IMG/VR virus record: IMGVR_UViG_3300025012_000028
Location: 62,001-126,000 of that record
DNA: 64,000 bases
Reading direction: 5' to 3' (one strand)
Part shown: positions 57,486 to 64,000 of the stretch, in pieces
How positions within the stretch are numbered: the first letter of the stretch is position 1
Layout: the number at the start of each line of letters is the position of its first letter
Made by a program: the position numbers and the translations under genes
Notes under the pieces: generated by a model
Database searches by the model: none
Told to the model about the DNA's origin: nothing
The model's input: only the letters and a program-made list of their open reading frames with translations

Positions 57486-57779
57486 TTAAACCCTTATCGT
57501 GTAGGTTTCTTGCCGTCCGGTAATTCCGTCTATACGGATTTCTTCCAACCCTTCCGCAACAAATCGGGTAGGTTCGATGCGTTTCCACAACATCACTTTT
57601 CCTCGCCATTCGAATCCTAAATTTGTTCCACCAATTTCATCATTCATATTTTTGATGATAATTGCATCGAATTTAAGGTAAGTGCGCCCACCTTCAAATT
57701 CAACCGGATCTTCTAATGGAGAAACACCTTCAAACTTTTTACCAGACAAAAATGCTAATGCCCTTTCAGACAACGACAT
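57486..57779 (-). CDS. Hypothetical protein
   Basis: Abuts dsbA stop. Confidence 0.55.
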   Translation of the reverse strand: MSLSERALAFLSGKKFEGVSPLEDPVEFEGGRTYLKFDAIIIKNMNDEIGGTNLGFEWRGKVMLWKRIEPTRFVAEGLEEIRIDGITGRQETYTIRV

Positions 57780-57780
57780 C

Positions 57781-58035
57781 TCAGACACATTTCTCTCCTG
57801 TGAGCACGTCAACAAGCTGATCGGTTTCGTTAATCTCTTCCAGAAACTTGGTCCGATCCTTCTGCCACTTGAAATACTGCTTCAGTGCATCGTTCAGGGG
57901 CTTTTTCTTGATGTCATGTTCTTTGCAGAATTCATCTTTCACATCCTTGATGTCGGCCATGATATCTTTGCGCTTATCATCAAGTTCCTTAATACAAGTT
58001 GCGAGTGCTACGATCTGTTCCTGAGTGTAATCCAA
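57781..58035 (-). CDS. dsbA: dsDNA-binding protein (T4 DsbA/GapR-like)
   Basis: IKE....K.I..DIKDVKD...E..I..K.LN pattern; 84 aa. Confidence 0.7.
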   Translation of the reverse strand: MDYTQEQIVALATCIKELDDKRKDIMADIKDVKDEFCKEHDIKKKPLNDALKQYFKWQKDRTKFLEEINETDQLVDVLTGEKCV

Positions 58036-58036
58036 T

Positions 58037-58567
58037 TTACTTCTCCTTCGTGAATTTAGATTTGTTTGCGGTCATGGCATCGTAAAGCCCTACCAGATTG
58101 TAATTGGAATTGCGTTTCTGAACCTTGGCAACCCAATAGGAAATGTTGTCACAATTAGTTTTGTCCCGTTCCAGTTCCTCTTTTCTCAGTTGAATCTTTT
58201 TCTCTTTGAGAGCTTCACCATCACGAAGAATATTTTCCCCTTTGTGATGGTTGTAATATTTTATCCCTTTTTCCATAGTGTAAAACGATACAGTTACAGG
58301 AAGGTTAAACCCTTTGTAGTACCGGTGGCAACGCTCATAGAAAATTGCATATTGATTATAGAGACTTTGAGGAATCAGAATGGTACGCACACCACTTGCT
58401 CTACCTTCAGCAATTATCATCGCTTTATTCTTGGTTGCAACATCTTCATCATCACAAAGGGAAAACCCAATAAGAATATTGTTATCAACACCAACAATAT
58501 TTGCTACCAGATACCCCTTGAATTCACCGTCCCTGATAATCCTTTGCCGCAGCTTGTTTTCGTTCAT
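58037..58567 (-). CDS. Hypothetical protein
   Basis: AAGGAG RBS; IGFSLC...D...K.KA..IA..R. Confidence 0.65.
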   Translation of the reverse strand: MNENKLRQRIIRDGEFKGYLVANIVGVDNNILIGFSLCDDEDVATKNKAMIIAEGRASGVRTILIPQSLYNQYAIFYERCHRYYKGFNLPVTVSFYTMEKGIKYYNHHKGENILRDGEALKEKKIQLRKEELERDKTNCDNISYWVAKVQKRNSNYNLVGLYDAMTANKSKFTKEK

Positions 58568-58645
58568 TGCTAATCTCCTTTTTGGTTGTAGGTTTCATAA
58601 AATTCTTTCGCTCGTAATTCATTATGCCGCTTGACTTTATAAAAG

Positions 58646-58948
58646 TCAAATATTATTTTCCACCATTGCAGCTTTGATGTATTCGATATAATCATTTTCG
58701 AATTGGTCGTGGGTCCAGTTCTGACATTCTTCCAACCCTCTGAGATAATTTCTAACCTGCATCCCTTCACGAAAATGAACAGGGTGTGGAATAAAAGATA
58801 TGCCACCTTTTAAATGTAAATTACATTTCACCTTCATGACTGGATCGACATCACCCTTATACAGTTTAGCGAGAGTACGGAAGAAATGTCTTCCCTCTTT
58901 ACCTAACCATTTATGGAGTTTGGAAACTATAATTGGATCTAACTTCAT
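58646..58948 (-). CDS. Hypothetical protein (PHPVHFREGMQVRN)
   Basis: ATGA overlap with upstream small ORF. Confidence 0.65.
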   Translation of the reverse strand: MKLDPIIVSKLHKWLGKEGRHFFRTLAKLYKGDVDPVMKVKCNLHLKGGISFIPHPVHFREGMQVRNYLRGLEECQNWTHDQFENDYIEYIKAAMVENNI

Positions 58949-59154
58949 AATGGAAATGTCCTAACTGAACTATATTGATGATATCCATCATGCATAAGTA
59001 TTGTTTTCTTTTGGATCAATTCATGTCTGGAAATATACATATTAGAATTAGAAATACACATGACCACAAACAAACATATTGCTCCCAAAAAAAAAGAATA
59101 TAACATTATCAATCATATAATCTCCTTTAATTTATAATTCTTTATTTGGTGGGT

Positions 59155-59331
59155 TCATGCTAATTGTTCTCCCAACAACATTGCCAGAACACGATGAACA
59201 CTTTGTTGGCCGTAACCTTTGGCGCATTGATTACACCAGTTCTGCAAAGCAACCTTTTCTTCTTCGGTTTCGATGGTCAGATGTAGATGAATTGGTTGGA
59301 ACTCAATTGGTTTTATAATTACACATCTCAT
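59155..59331 (-). CDS. Small hypothetical protein, possibly leaderless (58 aa)
   Basis: TTGACA(59366)-17 bp-TAAAGT(59343); ATG at predicted +1. Confidence 0.5.
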   Translation of the reverse strand: MRCVIIKPIEFQPIHLHLTIETEEEKVALQNWCNQCAKGYGQQSVHRVLAMLLGEQLA

Positions 59332-59372
59332 AATTTAACTTTACCTTCCTTTGAATTATTTGTCAATTAATT

Positions 59373-60083
59373 CTATTCTCCTTGTTCCACAACACCATTA
59401 ATATATTCCAACCACCACGGACTCATGAGATTGAAATCATAATTTGGTCGAATAGTTTCACCATCTTTTATAAAGAGAGTGCCATTCTTGAATTGTGGTT
59501 CTAGATCATTCCAGTTCTTTCCTTTTTGGAAACACAAATCGTGTAGATCGGGCGTTTTCTTCCCATGCAATTCTTTATGTGAATAAAGAGATTGTGCGAG
59601 CATCTGAATGGAGTTTCTAAGCCAATCCTGATATCTCCACCGGAAATAATTGATAACTTCCTCTTTGGGGATATTAAAACAACGAGAATCGAAATGTGCT
59701 GGCTGATAGAAACCTTTCATATTTCCATATGATATTGTAAAATTTACACTAGCCATCGATGCACTGATGGAACAAATCTTTTGAATATTATAATCAAAAT
59801 AAGCATCCGTATTCAGTTTATCGTAATCGGTAAGAAGCAAACTAATTTCGTCTGATTGAACATAACCCATCTTACATCCTTGGATATTTTCCACCAGATA
59901 TTTACAGGTTTCTTCCATTGATTTGATTATTTTCACATCGAACGGTTTCTGACAACCCTTAGTGAATGTGTGAAACGCCTTACCATCCAATCGAATAATA
60001 ACGGGAGTTCTGCGTGTAAGATGAAACCTAGAACGGTTTTCATAGTTTCCTTTCATGCGATCACCCAACGAATCATTTTTCAT
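59373..60083 (-). CDS. tRNA(His) guanylyltransferase Thg1-like
   Basis: RLDGKAFH, YVQSDEIS, QK..S..AS, FDSR, WR..D..RNS. Confidence 0.95.
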   Translation of the reverse strand: MKNDSLGDRMKGNYENRSRFHLTRRTPVIIRLDGKAFHTFTKGCQKPFDVKIIKSMEETCKYLVENIQGCKMGYVQSDEISLLLTDYDKLNTDAYFDYNIQKICSISASMASVNFTISYGNMKGFYQPAHFDSRCFNIPKEEVINYFRWRYQDWLRNSIQMLAQSLYSHKELHGKKTPDLHDLCFQKGKNWNDLEPQFKNGTLFIKDGETIRPNYDFNLMSPWWLEYINGVVEQGE

Positions 60084-60309
60084 TTATTCACTCCTTTTAA
60101 GTGGGCATCCTGAAGCAACCTTAATATGTGCTATCTTAGGGTAAGACCCGTCTTTATTGATCCTACCCATACCATTGTTTTTGCGTCTGATTTCTCCTTT
60201 AACATAAAATTTGTCCTATACCCACACCGAAAAAGAATGCTGCACCAATAAGAAAAAGGTTTGCCCAAGGGAAAGGAATTGGTTCATACTCATCTATCTG
60301 GTATGGCAT

Positions 60310-60765
60310 TTATATCTCCCCTCTCTTCATTCGTTCCCTGAGTTTCATCAACCTGCTACAGAATTCTTTTCTTGTCAGAACTGTTTCCCTTTCCTTGTCC
60401 CTACCAATAGAATGGGTCAGAACCGCATTTCCTGTCGCCAACAATGCCCTTCTAAAGCTATCGTTGGTAGCAAGAGCATCATAGAGCCTATCAAGCAATT
60501 CTTGGTATTCCTTGGACTCTCTGAGGTATCCCTTACCCTTCCAGAAAAGAATCTGCCGATCCTGCCAGTTGAGAAATTTCCCTCTCTTCTTTGCGGCATA
60601 ACCGACAAGTTTGCACATTTCAATTTGAACTTCGTGGTTCTTTTGTTTGAACGCCTGAAGCGGTCCTTCAGCAGAGTTGCACTTAACACCATCAAAAATG
60701 AATTCGTGGGGCGCGAAATTACTTAATGCACTTGCAGGATAACCACATTTAGATCCAATGTCCAT
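60310..60765 (-). CDS. NADAR-family protein (T4 gp30.3-like)
   Basis: ALSNFA...DG.....EG.LQ..K, LFWKG, FRRALLAT...L.HS, TVLT..EF. Confidence 0.88.
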   Translation of the reverse strand: MDIGSKCGYPASALSNFAPHEFIFDGVKCNSAEGPLQAFKQKNHEVQIEMCKLVGYAAKKRGKFLNWQDRQILFWKGKGYLRESKEYQELLDRLYDALATNDSFRRALLATGNAVLTHSIGRDKERETVLTRKEFCSRLMKLRERMKRGEI

Positions 60766-61108
60766 TTATTTTTCCTTTAACAATTCTTCTCTCTAATAAT
60801 CCTGAGTTCAGTAATACAATCCGAAAGATCATGAGAAATGTTTGTTAGTTCTGGTATTTCTTTACTAATAAATTTCTCCATATTTGAAAGAGTTTTGATT
60901 ACTGAATTCAAATTTAAGATATCTTTTTCATTTAACATTATGAATTCCTTTCCCTAAGAAGCCGCAAACGAGTAATGTTGTTATTAAGATCCGTTATTTC
61001 TCTTTGAGAGTTAGAATAAAATAAGTTCAATCTGGATTTGATTTCTTCCAGATTTGCGATTACCGAGTTCAGACATCTAATTTCATCTTCGCTCAACATA
61101 TGTTCTCC

Positions 61109-61327
61109 TTAATATAAAAGATCGTTGAGTATTTCTTCATCATGTTGTGCTGGTGCAAGTTTCAACGAAACACTTTTACCATACACCTTACATGACCTAA
61201 AACCATCCTTCTCATAAATTTTCACATAGCCAGCAGAAGTTATATTACCCATTCTCTTAAAATCAGAATGGTTTTGGATATCGAAAAAGAGAATGGGCCT
61301 GTCGAAATCTATCATGACATATTTCAT
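61109..61327 (-). CDS. Hypothetical protein (SAG....GKSVSL)
   Basis: GGAGG upstream; ATGA overlap. Confidence 0.6.
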   Translation of the reverse strand: MKYVMIDFDRPILFFDIQNHSDFKRMGNITSAGYVKIYEKDGFRSCKVYGKSVSLKLAPAQHDEEILNDLLY

Positions 61328-61578
61328 TTCGTGTGGCATGAACAACCTCCAAACATTTTATTGAAACGTTCTTCCACAACATCAGGGTGTTCATCACTCC
61401 AATCGACAATTGACTTGGAACTGAACCAACACGTTTTCTCACCACGAATGGAAATTTTAAAGTCCATTGGGCAACCCTCCACTTTTACATACTTAATTTG
61501 AAAATACTCATCAGGATTCAAACAAGTTTTTGGATGATCGACACTGACCCATTTATTTAAGAAACAGTTATCTTCCAT
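61324..61578 (-). CDS. Hypothetical protein
   Basis: GAGG RBS. Confidence 0.55.
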   Translation of the reverse strand: MEDNCFLNKWVSVDHPKTCLNPDEYFQIKYVKVEGCPMDFKISIRGEKTCWFSSKSIVDWSDEHPDVVEERFNKMFGGCSCHTK

Positions 61579-61787
61579 TACCGTTTCCTCTCTGCTCTTA
61601 GAGTGCCACATTTCGGGCAAACAAGAATATGAACACCTTGAGGAGTATCCCACGAATTCTGGGGAAACAGATGGAAAGCGTCCATCACCCGATGGAATTC
61701 TTCATCACCCTTGAGAAGTCCATATGCTCCATCTTCCCCAATACCCCTTTCATATTCGTAACCACAAACACATTTGGCGTTGATCAT
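61578..61787 (-). CDS. Small Zn-ribbon protein
   Basis: CVCG...CPKCGT; GGAGG RBS. Confidence 0.6.
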   Translation of the reverse strand: MINAKCVCGYEYERGIGEDGAYGLLKGDEEFHRVMDAFHLFPQNSWDTPQGVHILVCPKCGTLRAERKR

Positions 61788-61804
61788 AATTAAACCTCCT
61801 CAGT

Positions 61805-61996
61805 TTAAGATTGAAAACCAGCGATCTTTAAAATGTAATATCCAATTGCTTCCGCTTCAGTATTACCATAAGAACCCATAATATCTGTTTCGCTGGTGTG
61901 GTAACAATAATACATCCCACTTTGTGGTTCCACTGTCAAATTCAATTTCGCGTTTAGTAATGTCACCGACAAAGCATCTTTGTTCTTACTTACCAT
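61805..61996 (-). CDS. Small early hypothetical protein
   Basis: AGGAGG RBS; promoter TTGACT(62050)-16 bp-TATAAT(62028). Confidence 0.6.
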   Translation of the reverse strand: MVSKNKDALSVTLLNAKLNLTVEPQSGMYYCYHTSETDIMGSYGNTEAEAIGYYILKIAGFQS

Positions 61997-62086
61997 TTAA
62001 AACCTCCTTGTCATTTTTAGAAATTATAACAGGATTAATTTAAAAGTCAAGAACATATAGGTATGGTAGATTGCCGTATAAACCAG

Positions 62087-62134
62087 AAACTAAGAAGAGG
62101 ATCAGAACTAAATCCAATCCTCTTCTTAGTTTTT
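62087..62134 (-). terminator. Intrinsic terminator
   Basis: AAACTAAGAAGAGGAT...ATCCTCTTCTTAGTTT. Confidence 0.8.
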
Positions 62135-62135
62135 C

Positions 62136-63080
62136 TTAAAGTTTACCACCCGCCAGTTTAGTAGCTATTTCCAGAGCCTTTTGGTTGGTATTAACATCAG
62201 CACCGAACCAGAGAGAATGGAGACGATTATCTTTGGTTCGCCCCTTATCCCAAGTGAGATATTCGGTGATGGCGTTGTATGCGTTCCATGCTGTTCCAGC
62301 ACCCAATTCATGACCTTTACCAGTTTCATAAAAGAGTTCGATTTTCTCTATAGTGGAAGACCGCAGTTCTTTTACTTCACCTTCTTCCTCTTTACCCAGA
62401 ACGGCAGTGACATACTTTTCCAAATCTTTTTTAAGGATGGATTTGGAAGCGAGAAATTTATATTGTTCCATTGTTGCAATGAAATCCCTGTTTGCCAGAT
62501 CCATTACTTCGCGGACCTTTTCCAGTGTGAGTGCTGCACTTTTGGTATGCTTCATTCTGAGAAGCTTACTGGAACTGGAATTGTGAGCAGCAGACAGAGT
62601 GTTCCAACAAACGACTCGTTGTGGAGTAAAACCAGAACGAATAGAAAGAGTGCCGTCATGTGAATGAGAAAGAAGGATGCGCGATTCTACTTCATCACCC
62701 TTAACCACTTCACCCTTAATCGCGGTTTTGGCTTGAACCCAGATCACCCTACCTTCTTTAAGAGAACCAGCAGTTTCAAATTCAGCAGAACGAGATTCGA
62801 TGAATGGTGCAAACCATTGAAATGCTTCATTGTTTTGGAGTATATGGTATCTGTCACCCACGACACCGAAGATTTTGCCGTCCGATTCCCTGCGCGACAC
62901 CTTGGCTTTGGGGATCAGAGTTCCATCGGAAAGATATGCATCTTCAAGAGATACCTTCCAATCCAGACCAGCAACCTTCATCATCTCCGAAGGAGAGATG
63001 AAACCATTCTGAATTTTAGTTCCAAGACCGTGCCAAGGGGTTCCACCAACGTAACCAATGGTTTCGATTTCTGCGCTCAT
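62136..63080 (-). CDS. DUF932 family phage/plasmid protein
   Basis: PWHGLG, AGLDWKV, QN.EAF, ETAGSL, SHDG, RVVCWNT, TAWNAYNA; promoter TTGACT(63151)-17 bp-TATAGT(63128). Confidence 0.93.
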   Translation of the reverse strand: MSAEIETIGYVGGTPWHGLGTKIQNGFISPSEMMKVAGLDWKVSLEDAYLSDGTLIPKAKVSRRESDGKIFGVVGDRYHILQNNEAFQWFAPFIESRSAEFETAGSLKEGRVIWVQAKTAIKGEVVKGDEVESRILLSHSHDGTLSIRSGFTPQRVVCWNTLSAAHNSSSSKLLRMKHTKSAALTLEKVREVMDLANRDFIATMEQYKFLASKSILKKDLEKYVTAVLGKEEEGEVKELRSSTIEKIELFYETGKGHELGAGTAWNAYNAITEYLTWDKGRTKDNRLHSLWFGADVNTNQKALEIATKLAGGKL

Positions 63081-63157
63081 GTCTATCTCCTTTTACTTGG
63101 TGTGTGATTAACTTATGAATAGACTATACCACCAATCTTATTTAAAGTCAAGAGTTT

Positions 63158-63421
63158 TTATTTTAAATTTACTTTCCCCCATACATATTTCGGTTTGACG
63201 ATCTTGTTGTTCCGATCTACCAACTCCCCACGGATATATTCTGCCGTAATCCCATCTTTCTCAAGGAGAATCCTAGTTGGTAGTTCCTCACCATTCGGAT
63301 CACCATCGACTCTCAACAATTCAAATTCAACTCCACCTAAAATAAGTTTACTTATTGGGTTATCTCCTATCCTCGATAAGTTTCCTTTCATCCAGACCAT
63401 CAAAACAACTCGGATCACCAA
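63158..63421 (-). CDS. Hypothetical protein (start uncertain)
   Basis: Fills gap downstream of 63360..63599. Confidence 0.4.
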   Translation of the reverse strand: MVIRVVLMVWMKGNLSRIGDNPISKLILGGVEFELLRVDGDPNGEELPTRILLEKDGITAEYIRGELVDRNNKIVKPKYVWGKVNLK

Positions 63422-63599
63422 ACCTACGTGCAGAGGCTTCTATCTGGTAAGCACATTCTTCACAATACCACTTGTTGGTAGCTTTGTTATAGAAGTGCGC
63501 TGAGTTAGGTTCTTGACAAGCGGTTCTGTTGCAGTTCTCACCTTGCTTCCCTTTGCCCTCAGAAATTCCAATCCAGTTGCCATGTCTATCACGGCTCAT
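63360..63599 (-). CDS. Small Zn-binding protein
   Basis: CNRTACQ...WYCEECA; AAGGAG RBS. Confidence 0.65.
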   Translation of the reverse strand: MSRDRHGNWIGISEGKGKQGENCNRTACQEPNSAHFYNKATNKWYCEECAYQIEASARRFGDPSCFDGLDERKLIEDRR

Positions 63600-63611
63600 T
63601 TAGTTATCTCC

Positions 63612-63833
63612 TTATAATGGTTTCACTAGCCATTCAATGAAAGCTTTGACTTTTGGAATCTGTTTTGTTTTTATACAGAACTCATTAACACCCCACACGA
63701 TCAATATTACCATACCCCAAATTATAGTACCGAGAAATAAAACAAAATAACAAATAATTCTGAGACGGTTGATTTTTGTTAAATCACCTTCCAATCCCTC
63801 ACACTCATTAAAAAGATAGAAAGAGATACCCAC
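63612..63833 (-). CDS. Small membrane protein
   Basis: Hydrophobic segment; start probably slightly upstream. Confidence 0.5.
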   Translation of the reverse strand: MGISFYLFNECEGLEGDLTKINRLRIICYFVLFLGTIIWGMVILIVWGVNEFCIKTKQIPKVKAFIEWLVKPL

Positions 63834-64000
63834 ACCACCATAATTCCAAATTCAGTTTCAGACATTTATTCCCTCGTTAATCATCATACCAACCATCATC
63901 ATAGAAGTCAGGAACCAGTGCGGCCCAATTCCTATGACACTGCTGGTAATATTCATTATCCCTCAAATCCGATTCGGAGATGAATTTACGATCAAGAACA

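Noticed and set aside
58945-59116. Frameshift at a T9 tract
   Set aside because: An intact membrane-protein ORF (58945..59106, or TTG start just upstream) reads through the tract without a shift.
3862-63107. Long antisense ORFs over core genes (e.g. 4972..5649, 15286..15774, 60211..60726, 62181..62663)
   Set aside because: Shadows of well-supported genes, lacking RBS or motifs.
1-64000. Stop-codon reassignment
   Set aside because: Core genes are full length in the standard code and end in TAA, TAG or TGA; broken genes are explained by indels.

Overview
64 kb of a large, AT-rich T4-like myovirus genome. The minus strand carries the late head/neck/tail cluster: gp13, 14, 15, 16, 17, 18, three tube-family genes, gp4, 20, 21, 22, 23 and a second gp23/gp24-like capsid paralog. 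It also carries a holin-lipase-endolysin cassette, fibre/appendage genes, many putative capsid-internal proteins with prohead-protease (L/I-x-E) motifs, including three ADP-ribosyltransferase-like domains, a family B DNA polymerase, DsbA, Thg1, a gp30.3/NADAR protein and DUF932. T4 late promoters (TATAAATA) precede the late genes. About ten plus-strand islands of small genes interrupt the late cluster. Each starts at a sigma70 promoter placed back-to-back with, or fused to, a late promoter, and many end at a bidirectional terminator. Four free-standing endonuclease genes are present. Two unrelated ones share a conserved ~100-nt structured leader (three-way junction with co-varying stem, bracketed by convergent late promoters), the best candidate here for an undescribed element. 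No tRNA, rRNA or CRISPR array was seen. All calls come from motif reading and synteny; no database search was run.
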